Shown here: in pieces, positions 48,741-62,900 of the stretch | How positions within the stretch are numbered: the first letter of the stretch is position 1 | Layout of the letters: each line of letters begins with the position of its first letter | Origin: Phyllobates terribilis | Lineage: Eukaryota | Length of the DNA stretch: 64,000 nt | Direction of reading: 5' to 3' | Assembly (NCBI RefSeq): GCF_046119375.1 | Contig: NW_027362761.1 | Location: 63,178,001 to 63,242,000 of the forward strand | Notes under the pieces: generated by a model | Databases searched by the model: none | What the model saw: only the letters and a program-made list of their open reading frames with translations | Told to the model about the DNA's origin: nothing | Made by a program: the position numbers and the translations under genes

Positions 48741-49686
48741 CTACTTATTTTGCCCATGTCGTAACACTGCATCCATCACGTTTGACAATTCGTGATATGG
48801 TTCAGATAATAGAGTTCTTACTTTGCTTTTTAGTACTGTTGTCAGCCTGGTTTCTTAAGTCCATGGAGCCTTTTTCCAGAACTGGGTGGCTTTTTTATAT
48901 GCCATCTAGCAAAGTCTAATTTTTCCTTTCGGTTCTTGAAAGTTACCAGTGGTTTACATCTTGAGAGAAAACCTGTACATTAGTTAAGGTGTCTCTAGAT
49001 TTTGGCAAGGATAATACCCCCTTTTTAGACTCTTCTTGACTAGATGTTGTTTTTCTGAACGAAGTACCTCATTCACTGTAGTTCTGTTCCATATTCTTCC
49101 AGGCTTTTTGCTGTTTAGTTTGCCAGTGCATTCCTTCTTTTTAGGAATTGTTTGCATTGACAACCTCTTTGTACAGCATATTGAGAGTTCCCACGAGCTA
49201 CCATGTAAATTCATCACTTGCAGCCAACTCCAGACTCTCTATCTCAATATGTTGTAGTTAACATTAGGTAACATGTTACATTAGACCTTTAAAGCGGCTC
49301 ATCAGTCAATTGTCCAATTACTTTTCAGCCTGATACTATAGAGGGACTATGTAAAAAATGTAATTTCAGGACAGTTAATGCAATATCTTTGTAAAACCCC
49401 TTGAATTAAAGCAGAAAGTGTACACTTCAGTCACACCTCAATGGCTTTGTTACATATCTGTTGTGCTGGTGTACATAGGCTAAATTATAAAAGATACTCT
49501 CCTGCACTCAACTGTATATATTTTATAGCGATGTTTTAATTGTTTGTCTTCCCTGCTGCTGCAATTGTGACAATGTACTATTAGATGCAGTCGAACAATT
49601 TAAAGAATGATTGATTGCAGAGGTGGACATAGACTTTAAAGCTGATTTGCCATTAGTGAATTAATCTGTTGGCTTTTTGTTTCTAA

Positions 49687-50156
49687 ATGGAATCTGTCAG
49701 CAGGCTTTTACCCTTCCAACCATTTGTATGCACATTTAACTCTTTTTCAAACACAAATCCAGCAATACCTTTACATGACCAGTCCATTTCTCTGTTACTG
49801 AGAACAGGGCGTTTAAACTGATATGCTAATAAAGACTGTAGATCTGAAGCCTCTGTCACTCCAGCTCTATTCCCCGCCCAGTGCCACCTCCTCTTGATTG
49901 AATGACAGTCTCAGTGCTGTGTGACTTCAGGGAAAGGAGTTGTCAGTGAAGGAAAAGCTGGGCTAGGAATAGAGCTGGAGTGACACAGGCTTCAGATCTA
50001 CAATAGCTCTTTAGACTCGTTTGCATATCAATTCAAACCCTGATTTCTCAGTAACAGGAACGGGCTGGCCATGTAAACGTATTGCTGGACTTTATAAAAA
50101 AAAAAAGCTACAAGCACATATAGTTTGCGGCGTGAAATCCTGCTGACAGATTCCCT
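49687..50156. mobile_element. T2/Kolobok-type palindromic MITE
   Basis: ATGGAATCTGTCAGCAGG…CCTGCTGACAGATTCCCT|TTAA; the arms are inverted copies. Confidence 0.75.
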
Positions 50157-51034
50157 TTAATTAGCATAATTGAAGTACAGTGCATTTCTTGCTAAATTAA
50201 TTTGCATAAATCAGCTGTTATAACATCTGTATGTGCATACCGCCAGTGTTTTGAAATAAATCTACATTCACAATGCATAATAATGTTTAAATATTTAATA
50301 CACCCTTGACCGTATATATTTTGGTGCGCCATGATTTAATTTAGCAATAGTAGAAAGGAATATACGGATAATTCTGCTGCACTGCTGGTCAATAAGAGAT
50401 CCAATGCTGATAATGGTATGAACACAGCAGATTTATAAATATACGCATTTCAGAGATGAAAAAAACGCTGATAAATTGTGTTTTTTTTTTTTTTGTTTTT
50501 TGTTTTTTTTTTAGAAATGCAACAGCCAGAAATGCCTATTAGATCTTCTATGGGCAGGTGTTATCACTACAGTTTTACATGTGCAACAAGTCAGCTTTAA
50601 AGGGGTTGCTCCATGAACAACATTTATCACCTAACTGCTGTTCAGTTAATTTCCATTTATTTATAGAAGTGGTAGTGCGCATGTTTGACCACCTCTTTCA
50701 TGGGGGAGTGGTGGTCAAAATGCGCACCACCACTCCACATCCCCCATGTTCCCGCTTTGGGAACCCTCTTCTCTGGAAAACTTTGGTTTCCAGTAGTCAG
50801 ATCCCCAGCCTATATATATTTATTAATTATCATGTGGATATTGGTTAGCGCCTACTTTCAAAACTGGTTTCCATAAATGAATAGAACTAAAGGAAGGATG
50901 AATATAAATGTTAGCTTCTTATTAAAATTATTTATTTTGTCCTCATTTTTTAGATAGTCAATAGGTTATTAAAAATAGTTTTGGGATAAAAATGAAAGCA
51001 AGATATGTAATGGGTTATAACTTTAAATGCTTAA

Positions 51035-51482
51035 AGGGAATCGGTCACCAGGTTTTTTGCTACTCCATCTGAGAACAGTATAATACATTGGCAGAGACCC
51101 TGATTCCAGCAATGTATCACTTTACTGGGCTGCTTGCTGTAGATTTTGTTAAAATCACTGTTTCATCGTCTGCAGATCTACCAGTTCTCTGAATGCTGAG
51201 CTTTGTATAACTCCACCCACACCACTGATTGGCAGCTTTCTGCCTATGCACAGTGTATATAGAAAGATTTCAATTCGGGTTATACAGAGCTCATGAATAT
51301 GGAGGACTACATGGCAGCTGGTTTACTAGTCCTCTAGTTATAATTTCCTGCTGATAAAACAGTGATTTTATCAAAACTACACTAAGCAGCCCAGTAAGTG
51401 ACACATCGCTGGAATCACTGTCTTTATCACTACAGTATGCTGCTCTCAGATTAGATGGCAAAAATCTGGTGACAGATTCCCT
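51035..51482. mobile_element. T2/Kolobok-type MITE
   Basis: TTAA|AGGGAATCGGTCACCAGG…CTGGTGACAGATTCCCT|TTAA. Confidence 0.85.
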
Positions 51483-53554
51483 TTAAAATGTCAACATAAT
51501 AATGAAAGCCAGTATTCACTTAGAAAAAAATGTATATATTATTTTGATATCCCTAATGTCTGAATCTGTCATTTTAGATTAAAGTGGTTGTGCACTCATA
51601 GTAAACTTAATTAAAAATACAAAAGATGATGATTGGTCTCCAAATACATTGTCCTCTTTTTTTTTTTTTTTTATATACTACATGTCTTTTGAGTACAACG
51701 TTTGGCTTTCTTCTCCGAAGACTAAAAATTCCTAAATGGTAAAGAATCAAATGAACATTATTGGGAGTCACATACATTGCAGACTGCTTAGTCCTGTTCA
51801 GTGTGAAATCTATCAGACAAGCTCTCTATCTGCAATCCTTTCTGATTTCAAAATGTCAGCTTAGATCAGTGTTCTAAATAACCAGATAACATAAATGAAA
51901 ATCAAAAGTTGTCAGCTTTATGAGCACTCAGAAAAGCAGAAAGGTTTTACTCTTTTACTCATTTTAATACCATAAAAAAAAGTAATCCAAAGGGTCTGCT
52001 GTAATCCATAATATGGATGTCCCACGACGAACCCCGACTCTGCTACATCCGGAGGCTGTGATGAGTGGTGACTTAAGTAACGTTATCGCTCACCACGGCA
52101 GCCGGAGCACACTGAGGAGCGCGTGAATCCGGCTACTGTGATGAGCGTTGACGTCAGTAAGGTTATCGCCGTTCACAGCTGATGAACTGCGGTAACCTTA
52201 TTGACATCTCCACTCGCAGTGTGTGAACTTACTGCGGGTTCTCACGCTGCAAGCAGTGACGTAAGGTTACTGCAGTACATCGGCTGTGAACTACAATAAC
52301 CTTACTGACGTCACAGCAGCCGGATTCACACTCTGTGTTCCAGTTGCCGTAGTGAGCGGTAACGTTGCTGATGTCACTGCTCATCACAGCCACCATGCTT
52401 AGAGTGACAGAACGAAGCAAGTGCAAGAGGTAACTCTCCTTTTTTTTTCTATTCAAAGCAGCAGTCTGGGGGCATTTAAAGGGACTCTTGTGAACACAGA
52501 ACGACTGTTCAAACTAAGATTCGCCGCTCCATGGCAGGGCCAGTAATTTATATACGCCTTCCCACCTGCTTGTTTTCTCTCTTCTTTGACCGCTCTGGCT
52601 TCATAGATCCGAGGCAGAGATAGATGGAAACCAAGGAAGTGGAAAGATGTATATAAATGATTGGCCATCCGTGAAGCACCGATCGCCTGTACTTGGTTTG
52701 AACAGTCATTCTGTGACAGAGGCCCTTTAAAGAGGCTGTCTACCATCAGGACAACCCTGCCTTAATTACTGTATTCCCCAATGTAAAATAAAGACACCAT
52801 CACTAAGAACAGCTGTACAGATGAGCAGCGTCTAGCACCTAAAATTCACAGCTCTTCTGTACTGGATCGTTTGTTCCTCCAAAGCTTTGCTTTGTTGTAT
52901 CTTCTATAGTAAGGATAGCTGTGCAGATAAGAAGTAGCATCATGACCCTGCAATTCACAGATCTTCTGTCTGAAGAATTGAGAATTACCCTGGAGGTGAT
53001 CGTATACCTCCTGGGCTTTGCACCCGTTCCCTTTACAGTGCCATTCTGGTAATTTATCCTAATGTTTTTCATGCAGTCTGTCTGAAGAAGGTCTAATTTT
53101 TTTGACCGAAATGTAATTTTTGATTACATAGATTGTAAATCCAATAAAATCTTATCTTCTGCATCATAAGGCGTGCCGGATTCCCTTATATATTGGTTTG
53201 TGGATTGGTACACTATCCAGGTACCTGATCCTTTCAGAGAGTGACGAATACTCAACTTTGTTAATGGCATAAACTATAGTATATAGACAAACAAATATGT
53301 GCTACGTTTATTAGGAGGGGTGCATATTTTAATTAAAAAAAATAAATAAATACACATCCTACTCCAGCACAACTGAGTGTCAGAGTTGTGTATGAAACAC
53401 CACTCTTAGTAAATTTCTCTGTTTTGGGCCCTTTTTGCTGAAAGGTGGGAATTTCGTCTACGGCTTTGTTTTTAATTGGAAATTCCATTAAATAATTGAT
53501 GCCAAGTGCTATTATAAATCAGCAAATCAATGATGCCCATTATTAGTTACAGAC

Positions 53555-55053
53555 TGTAGCGCCGGCGTCCCTGCCCTCTGCTAGGCAGGGACGCTGTTCC
53601 CCTCACCTCTCTGCTCCGTGCCCGGCGTCCTCCTCCCGCTCTGCTGGCAGCGCGCGCTCCGTCCCGGCCACTGTGCTTAGGGCGCGCGCGCTCTTCCTCC
53701 CTCTTAAAGGGGCCGCGCGCGCCGTCCTAAGGAGTCCCCGGCCAATGGCCGGAGGACTTCACCATATATAAGGCACCTCCTCCAAAATGGAGGTGCCCGA
53801 GCAATGTTGTTGCACTGTTCACTACTCTGCTTCAGCCCTCAGGTCCCGTTGCCAGTTACCTGCCAGATACCTGCCAGCTTGCTGTCTTATTCCTGCCTGA
53901 TATTCTGCTACCTGCCTGCTAGCCTGAGGTCCGACGGTCTGCCTTACAACTCCTGTCAGTCTGTCTAAGGACCAGCTTGCCCGCTCACCTGGGAGCGCAC
54001 ATCAGCTACCTGCCTGCTTGCCTGAGGTCCGACGGTCTGCCTTCCAACTCCTGTCAGTCTGTCTATGGACCAGCTTGCCCGCTCACCTGGGAGCGCACAT
54101 CTGCTACCTGCCTGCTAGCCTACCTGGATGCTCCGCCGTCACGTGCAGTGACCACCTGCCTGTCCAGTGACTCCTGCCCGCTCACCTGGGAGCGCTCATC
54201 TGCTGCCTGTCTGCTAGCCTACCTGGAGGCTCTGCCGTCACGTGCTGTGACCACCCGCCTGTCCAGTGACTTCTGCCCGCTCACCTGGGAGCGCTCATCT
54301 GCCGCCTGTCTGTTGGTCTTCCTGGAGGCTCCGCCGTCACATGCTGTGACCACCCGTTTATCCAGAGACTCTCGCCTGCTCACCTGGGAGCTCACGTCTA
54401 CCATCAGCCGCCACAGGTCGTACCAACCCTTTACCCAGAGACTGCCCCGGTCACTTGCCGTGACCTCCTGCCCGTTCATCCAGAGACTGCCCCGGTCACT
54501 TGCCGAGACCTCCTGCCCGTTCATCCAGAGACTGCCCCGGTCACTTGCCGTGACCTCCTGCCCGTTCATCCAGAGACTGCCCCGGTCACTTGCCGTGACC
54601 TCCTGCCCGTTCATCCAGAGACTGCCCCGGTCACTTGCCGTGACCTCCTGCCCGTTCATCCAGAGACTGCCCCGGTCACTTGCCGTGACCTCCTGCCCGT
54701 TCATCCAGAGACTGCCCCGGTCACTTGCCGTGACCTCCTGCCCGTTCATCCAGAGACTGCCCCGGTCACTTGCCGTGACCTCCTGCCCGTTCATCCAGAG
54801 ACTGCCCCGGTCACTTGCCGTGACCTCCTGCCCGTTCATCCAGAGACTGCCCCGGTCACTTGCCGTGACCTCCTGCCCGTTCATCCAGAGACTGCCCCGG
54901 TCACTTGCCGTGACGTCCTGCCCGTTCATCCAGAGACTGCCCCGGTCACCTGCCGTGACTGCCTGCCCGTCTTCCCTGGTCGCCACCCGCTCCCTTACAA
55001 GGACCGCCCCCTTGTATAGTAGCTCAGAGGTTCCGCCTCCCAGACCCGTTACA
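53555..55053 (+). mobile_element. Solo LTR with expanded 45-bp VNTR
   Basis: TGTAGCG…GTTACA; 5-bp TSD CAGAC (53550-53554, 55054-55058); same family as 10091-11122. Confidence 0.88.
54436..54970. repeat. 45-bp minisatellite (~12 copies) inside the LTR
   Basis: Unit CCAGAGACTGCCCCGGTCACTTGCCGTGACCTCCTGCCCGTTCAT, nearly identical between copies. Confidence 0.95.
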
Positions 55054-56960
55054 CAGACATCATATATGGAAGGAAACTTTCATTTAAGAACACTTTTTTT
55101 TATTTGTGTCAGATAACTGAAATATATAAGACAATGATTTGGCTCATTTTGTTCATTTGTTATTATGGGACTCAGTGGAGAAGATGAATAAATCTCTTCA
55201 ATATTATTTTTGTATCATGGAACGTGAAAAACTGTGATTAACAATGAGGTACTCCATAGTTCTGTGCAGATCGCAAGGGAACATGCAGTAGATTTGTGTC
55301 TTACAAGTGTAAAATTGTTCTTGTTTTGGGAAGTAAGAAAAGCCAATTGCAGCATTCACCTCCATTGTGATTACTTTGTTACTTCATGGATGTTTGCCAT
55401 GGTATTCATCACAAAAACTGCATTGTACAGAATGTAATCTTTGGAAGCATATGGCTGTCCTCTAATTACTGAGGAGGCTGTCACTGAAATACTAATATCG
55501 AGAATGTTTATGATGCCTCTTGCAATTAAAACTATGGACACAACAATGAGATATAATACTGTTACTATTTTTCCGGTATTATGAAGTGTTTCTATCAATC
55601 ATGGTTCATAGTAACATGCCGTTATTATTTGAGTCAATCCTATTTCGTAAATTTAAATTCCCCATGGATTGGCTGCAATTTGTCACCAGGCTACACGCGG
55701 CAGTGTACAGGTTAGAGTATCGTAGTGGACTGTGTTCTATAATGTTCTGCAAGGCATTTTAGAATGATCACTATTCTTATAATTCATACTTTTAAGCCTC
55801 ATACAGATGACTGTAATATGGGCACAATTTATCATTTGTACCATGGCAGAAAACCTCGGCTCAACTACAGGTTTTATGACTCCAGTTAAAGGTTTCATAG
55901 GGATCTATGATACTGTTAGTTTCGGTCGGAAAGGCTCACAATCAGGCCATTGTTTTATCATATGGTGAAGTGATTCTTGAAGCCCTTGGTCCCAAAGTTT
56001 TATTACATCTCGGACAGATAACGGTGCAGCGAGGAGTACAGGTTGGAGCTTTATATGATCTAAACGCTGGATTGCAACTTGAGGACATTAATAGACAACA
56101 AAGAAGCTGGAGACCACAGGAATATGGTCGAAGAAGAGTTGAGTGAAGAAGATTCGTTGATGTTGCAGGGCTGAGAAGATCAGGAGGCTCACTTTTGAAA
56201 TGTGGCATAGCCCTCCAATGTAGCATAGTTGAGTAGGTCAGGAAACTCATTGTAGTAGGGTAGCAGCACCCAGTGATGTAGCAGAGTTGAGTAGGCCTGG
56301 AGACTCACTGTAGTGATGTAGCAGAGCCCTGCAATGTAGCTGAGTAGAGTGTTGTAACAGAGCCAGTAGCATAGCAGAGCTGGGTATGGCAGGAGACTCA
56401 CAGTATCGAAAATTAGCAATTACAAAATAATGGCTTGGATGGCAACTATCTGAGTACACCTGTTGACATCTGAGGTGGCCAATAAGGCTTGGAGGTAGGT
56501 GCTAGGTTACTATGCACAAAGGAACAGATGGATGTAACAGGCACAGGAGGTTCGCAGAGGAACCAGTTGTAATATGAACACTGAAATGCACCCACATTTC
56601 AGACATCTGAATGAAGCCTAACATGTTATACTGACAATCAGAAGTGCCTGGTATGGTACGCTGAAAACTGTCTCAATTAAATATTTTTTCTATGACATGT
56701 CTAATAGATGTGTCTTTGGCAGGTGCTAAAAATGCAATTTAGTGTTGAGATGAAGGGAAACTCTAAGCAAAGGAGTTTTTACTGCTAGCTCCCTGTATGT
56801 GTTACTAGCTCACTGAATGTCAGTGTCGGTGTTCCTATTTCTTTTTATATGTGCCTTCTCCAGCTTGCTAAGCCAATCAATCTAAGAAATAAAAGCTAGA
56901 CAGAAAGGAGAGGGAGGATGAGAAAGCGGTTTATAGCCTGGTGACCAAAATACATCCTAA

Positions 56961-57838
56961 GGCTATGTGCCCACGATGCAGAAATGCTCCGGATTTTTCC
57001 TGAGTGTTTCTGCATCTCCCTGGCAGAAAAAACACATGCGGATTGTACATGCGGATTGTACATGCGTTTTTCCTGCCAGGGACATGCGGATGTGAAGCGT
57101 TCTTCACATGCATTTCCGCAGGCAGGTTGTCAAGCGCTTTCCAAGCGATTTAGCATCACTAGGAAAAGTGCCTGACAACTTGGTCACACTATATAAATCC
57201 ATGCAACCGGCATGGATTTATATACTGTCTGTGACCTTAAAGAATGTTTAAAAATAAAAAAATAAATCTATACCTTCCGATGGCCCCCGGAGTCTTGCTT
57301 CGCTCTGTTCTCCCTTGTCAGCAGATCGCGGTACACTACTGCACTGAAGGACCTGCCGTCGCATGACTGTGACGTCAGCACAGGTCCTTCAGTCCATCGC
57401 GATCTGCCGGCATGGGAGGACGAGCGCAGCGCGGGCCATCAGAAGGTAAATATAATATTTATTTTTTATTTTATTCTTTTTTTTTACAGGTTCTATGGTA
57501 CCTGGGTCTGGATGAGAGTCTCCTGTCCTCCACACACGGGTACCATCCGCACATTGGAACTCATGGAATGCGCATCTACATATACAGTGATGCGGAATAC
57601 ATGCGGTCCAATGCAAGTCAATGGCTGCGAAAACGCCGTGCTTCCACAAAATAATTTGTAGTGCTGCGTATTTTTCCGAAATGGTAATCCGCAATGGAAA
57701 TTTCCGCAGCATGTGCACAGCACATGCGGATTATCATTGGGGAACATGGCAGGCCTTCTACCATGCGTTTTTTAAGAGTTACTGCAGCATGTTTGCCGCT
57801 GCGGAAACGCTTAAAAAACGCATCGTGGGCACACCGCC
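56961..57838. mobile_element. PIF/Harbinger-type MITE (longer relative of 38257-38644)
   Basis: TAA|GGCTATGTGCCCACGATG…CATCGTGGGCACACCGCC; TGCGGA subrepeats. Confidence 0.7.
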
Positions 57839-58399
57839 TACATGAAAGTTGACTGCTGATTTAGGCGGAACTGGCAGACCATGTCATGTGTTGGAGCGCC
57901 TATTGTCTCTTTACTGACAGATTGTCAGGAAAATAGGTGTTATGCTCACCAGTTGCGCATGTGGATTAGTGGACCCACTGTGTCACAGGGCCTGGTCTGC
58001 CTAGGTAGGGGCATTGCTTAGCGGCTACCTGATGTTTACTGCAGCTCCTGATGGTGGAGACAGGCTGGGCTGCAGGTGGCCACCAAGTACCACTCCTGCA
58101 GATGCCGGTACTGCAGCAGCTGACCCCAGGGGTCAGGTTAGCTGACACAGACTGGGGCAGAACAGCTACTGACATGGAGATTCTGATGGGGAAACGTTAT
58201 GATACTGGCCGCACCAGGACCAGGGGACTCCGGGAACACGACAGGCCACACCAGGACTATTGGACAATGTTCAGGCACTGGCTGCACAGGGACCAGGGGA
58301 CTTTGGGAACAGGACTGGCTGCACCAGGACCAGGGGACAATGTTCAGGCTCTTAAAGTGCCTAGGGCAGCATGAATGCAAAATACAGCCCTGAATGTAC

Positions 58400-58625
58400 C
58401 TCATAGTCATCCATTAATTATAATGCACCCCCATATTCATACATAAAATATAATGCACCCCATAGTCATCCATAAAGTATAATGCACAGCCCACAGTCAT
58501 GCATAAAGTATAATGCGCTCCCCATAGTCATCCATGAAGTATAATGCACAGCCCATAGTCATCCATGAAGTATAATGCACTCCTATTGCCACTCATAAAG
58601 TATAATGCAGCCCATAGTCATCCAT
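58400..58625. repeat. ~31-bp degenerate tandem repeat
   Basis: CATAGTCATCCATGAAGTATAATGCACAGCC-like units, about 7 copies. Confidence 0.8.
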
Positions 58626-58721
58626 GTACTAGTATGGCCACTGATTTAAAAAATAAAAATAAATACTCACCTTCCCTTCATTCCCTCCACGTGGCATCCT
58701 CTTGTGAAGCCAGCAGCTTGC

Positions 58722-59156
58722 TGTTAGAACCCTCCTGTTTGTTTTTTCTATCTTGTGTTTTGTGGTCACGTGACCATCTGCCTTTATATTCCAGCTCCGC
58801 CCTTTTGGCTGTGCTGGACTTCAGTGTTTGACTGTTTCTCTAGCCAGGTGCTTCTGTGCCTTTCTTTGTCAAGTTCGCTTGGTCCTCTGGGACCTCTAGT
58901 ACCTTTTTGTCAGTTTGTCTTTTTGTGTTCTGCAACAACTTCTCTGTTTAGGAGGTGTCCCATTTTTGTCCCAGTCCTTAGTTCTTTTAGGGACCCCTCC
59001 CTTAATTCTATAGGTCTTCGTTCAAACTAGCCAAGGACTAAGGCGGGTCTGTTCACTAGGAACAGGCAGCCCGCTACATCGTAGGGATTCAGCTTAGTCT
59101 TACTGTAGGGACAGCTTTCCCCTATCTTTCCTTAGTACTTGTTGCAGATCATAACA
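58722..59156. mobile_element. Solo LTR (second family)
   Basis: TGTTAG…ATAACA termini; flanks CTTGC/CTTAC (5-bp TSD, one mismatch). Confidence 0.65.
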
Positions 59157-60130
59157 CTTACTTCAACGTGCGACGAGAGCGCTTGACGTCACTGCCATGC
59201 GCCACATGATGCGTACGCCGATGTCAACTGCTTGCCTCTGATTGGCCGGCAACGTGTATTGTCATGCACGGGCCCGATATGTCTGTGCGCAACCATACAC
59301 TTCAACTGGTTGTGCGTTCGAGGACGCACATCCAGCTGAAGTATCCTCTGGCGTCTGTGCTCCCCTGCTTACCTGTGTGTAGCAAACAGCTGCTTTACTA
59401 CCTATGCCATATGTCAAACTACACATTTTATATTAAACGGAAAAAATAGGACTGTAACAGACTTATGCAGAATACCTGATTAATCATCTACCAGTACAGA
59501 AAAAAAGGTCAGGAGTGTAAAAGGCACATGTGAAATATTCATTGGCTACAAAATTTTCTTCCCACTTTCACTGTTTACTCAAGTCCCCAAACCTGGTCAT
59601 CTGGCACAAGTGAGATCCAAAGTCCTCCAGAAATTGTGTTAATATCATCCTACTTGTTATGTGGATTTCCAGTCATTTGAAAGTTCTGCTCAGGACATCA
59701 GCTGCAGATCTCCACACCTGCTGCAGGTCACAAGCAATGAAAGCATCAGGAAAACAATTACCAAAGGTTTATGTAACCAGAAGGATTCCTCCAGATGGTA
59801 TAAAGATTCTACGACAATCAGGATGGTGAGCAAAAATAGAACATGTATTGTATCATATTCAGGAAAGTGCTCAGAACATACTTATTTTGTCTTTCATTAT
59901 ACAGGTTTAATTTGAAATAGGAATTTCACTAAATACAAGTTGGTGATTTTGAGCATCATATCAATCCTATGACCTGGCTCACTCACAACACCTTCTTCTT
60001 GTGTTAATAGTTAATAGAAGTAGTTGATGTATAATTTTCTCCCCAATCTCCTAAGGGCAATAATAACAACTGCCAGTTATATCTGCTTCTATAGTTTTTA
60101 TACAGCATATCACTAAATTGCATGTAATAA

Positions 60131-60165
<35 letters not shown>

Positions 60166-61379
60166 CATACCTAAACCGTGATTGAAAAATGTACTTCCAG
60201 GCCTAAATAAAAGCATATATAGTCCTTCAAACACAATTTTACCAGTATAAGTATGTAATCCAGATAAACAGCTGTGTACCTTTATAATAGCATTGTTGTT
60301 GTACTAACTCAGAGCTCCATTCATAATTCTGCCACTTGTGGGCTGAGCTCCTATAATACTCTAAAACTTGCTGAACTATGAATAGAGCTATGGATTATTA
60401 TACAGGATGTAGAAGGCAGACACCGAAACGCGCGTCGGGGTGGACGCCCTCCAGTGACAGCATACTTACATCCTTCAGGTATAGTCCATATTGATAATAT
60501 AATATTTATTATATATAAAACATCTTTGGTCCGGTTTTTGACACACCATATAGCCATCCATGCTTTGTATATGTCAAATTAACATGGCCACTATATGGAC
60601 TCCTGATATTGATGCACCTGCTCCTGATTAATCAGTTTCCAGGATTTTGACCTTTATATATCCATACTGATTTTGATGATTGTATATAATCTCTACTCCC
60701 GGGTGAATATTACTGATCCTGATATTTATTCGTTACTATATATTTGTGCATGGTTGCACTTTTTTCCTCTTTTTTTGAATATCCGTTGCACTTACTTGGA
60801 GTAATCACTGAATATACTTATATTCTTCTTTTTAGATTTACGATTATTCATCAGTTTTATAATGTTAATAAATTTTGCAAATTATTTGTATTAATTACTA
60901 TGCTGTCAATTGGAATTGTGTCCACTTTTGTACTTGGTTATTTATTCCCACCCTGTTACTAATTTTTAATAATCTTGACTAATAAAAATTAATTTTAATT
61001 ACTTACTATGGACTCTCTCCGTCGGTTCTTTTTCATCTTTTTTCTTCAGAATGTAATTTAGGTTCAGTACAAGTTAAGTAATATATGTGGGGACATTTGT
61101 GAAGGTCCCAGTTTTCTAGCTTTTAAAACGCCAAATATTTTTGCATAAGCTTTACTTGTGTTAAAAAAATTGTGATTTTTTTACTTTTATAAAGCCTTCC
61201 TCAGTTTTGCTTAACAAGAAGGGCCATTCCCAGCCTAGCAAATGTACTGCTCCAAATCTATTAAGAACATGATTAGCAGTGGCAGGGGCGGACACAGACT
61301 GTAGTGGGCCCCTGTGCAAGAAATTTTGGGGGGCCCCCCCCTGCCCTTCATAAGGCAACAAAGTTATGTAAACATAACC

Positions 61380-62165
61380 CCCCCCATGTGCATCTCTCAC
61401 CCCCCCATGTGCAGCTCTCATCCCCCATGTGCAGCTCATCCCCCACGTGCATCTCTCATCCCCCCCATGTGCATCTCTCATCCCCCCCATGTGCATCTCT
61501 CATCCCCCCCATGTGCATCTCTCATCCCCCCCATGTGCATCTCTCATCCCCCCCCATGTGCATCTCTCATCCTCCCCCCCATGTGCATCTCTCATCCCCC
61601 CCATGTGCATCTCTCATCCCCCCATGTGCATCTCTCATCCCCCCCATGTGCATCTCTCATCCCCCCCATGTGCATCTCTCATCCCCCCCATGTGCATCTC
61701 TCATCCCCCCCATGTGCATCTCTCATCCCCCCATGTGCATCTCTCATCCCCCCCCATGTGCATCTCTCATCCTCCCCCCATGTGCATCTCTCATCCTCCC
61801 CCCATGTGCATCTCTCATCCCCCCCATGTGCATCTCTCATCCCCCCCCATGTGCATCTCTCATCCCCCTGTGCATCTCTCATCCCCTCCCATGTGCATCT
61901 CTCAGCCCTCCCATGTGCATCTCTCATCCCCCCATGTGCATCCCTCATCCCCCCCATGTGCATCTCTCATCCCCCTCCCATGTGCATCTCTCATCCTCCT
62001 CCCATGTGCATCTCTCATCCCCCGCCATGTGCATCTCTCATCCCCCCATGTGCATCTCTCATCCCCCCCATGTGCATCTCTCAGCCCTCCCATGTGCATC
62101 TCTCACCCCCCCCCCATGTGCATCCCTCATCCCCCTGTGCATTTCTCATCCCCCCCGTGCATCTC
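61380..62165. repeat. C-rich ~21-bp minisatellite, probably within a hAT-type MITE starting ~61283
   Basis: Tandem C(5-7)ATGTGCATCTCTCAT units, more than 30 copies; upstream CAGGGGCGGAC terminus-like motif. Confidence 0.9.
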
Positions 62166-62649
62166 TGATTCCCCCCACTCCTAGTTTATTAATTGTATTT
62201 AAAAAAAATAACACTTGTTATACTTACCCCCATGCGATCCCAGAATCCTGGCGCTCGTCCACGTCGCTGCCACCAGGTTCTCCTGACGTTCGGCCATGTG
62301 ACGGCGCCACATACATAGCCATCAGCTTTTGTTTTGGCCAAAAGATTTTTAAAGCCGCCACCACGATAAGGTACACTCTTCTGGCCGGGCCCTACTCTAA
62401 CCTATTAAAATTTTCTTAAAATATCCAATACTCTTTTTAGATATATTTTTATTTAGTTTTCTTTAAGGGAATGTGTCATATACATTTTTTTTTAAATGAC
62501 CAATAATACCACATACAGGGAATACCGCCACACCGTGACCAGACCACATATTACCACAACATAGTGGCCGAATAATACCACACAGAAGGGAGAAAAACTG
62601 CCACACCATGACCAGACCACATATTACCACCACATTACTAATATTACCA

Positions 62650-62900
62650 TAAGTGTCATTATACACGGGAGCTCTATACATGGTATGTATAATGTAAGTG
62701 TCCAGGTAATCTAGTGATCACCAGTGACATTATACACAGGAGCTCTGTATATAGTGTCAGTGTACAGGTAATACAGTGATCACCAGTGACATTATACACA
62801 GGAGCTCTGTATATAGTGTACAGGTAATACAGTGATCACCAGTGACATTATACACAGGAGCCCGGTACATAGTATATAGTGTAAGTGTACATGTAATACA
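62650..62900. repeat. ~55-60-bp tandem repeat
   Basis: GTACAGGTAATACAGTGATCACCAGTGACATTATACACAGGAGCTCTGTATATAGT-like units, 3-4 copies. Confidence 0.8.

Noticed and set aside
54436-54970. CRISPR-like regular array with internal palindrome
   Set aside because: Units are contiguous with no unique spacers, there are no cas genes, and the context is eukaryotic.
53977-55116. 379-aa and 255-aa repeat-protein ORFs (also 10589..11137)
   Set aside because: They arise from 45-bp and 99-bp tandem units inside solo LTRs bounded by TG…CA and TSDs, and are open on both strands.
55130-56250. Possible Penelope RT remnant on the minus strand
   Set aside because: Only a weak ILDISIS-like motif was seen and no continuous RT motifs could be read.
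61304-62419. Long ORFs in three frames (371, 284 and 251 aa) and similar ORFs at 63116-63972
   Set aside because: They are translations of a C-rich minisatellite that lacks stop codons; no domain or splice support.
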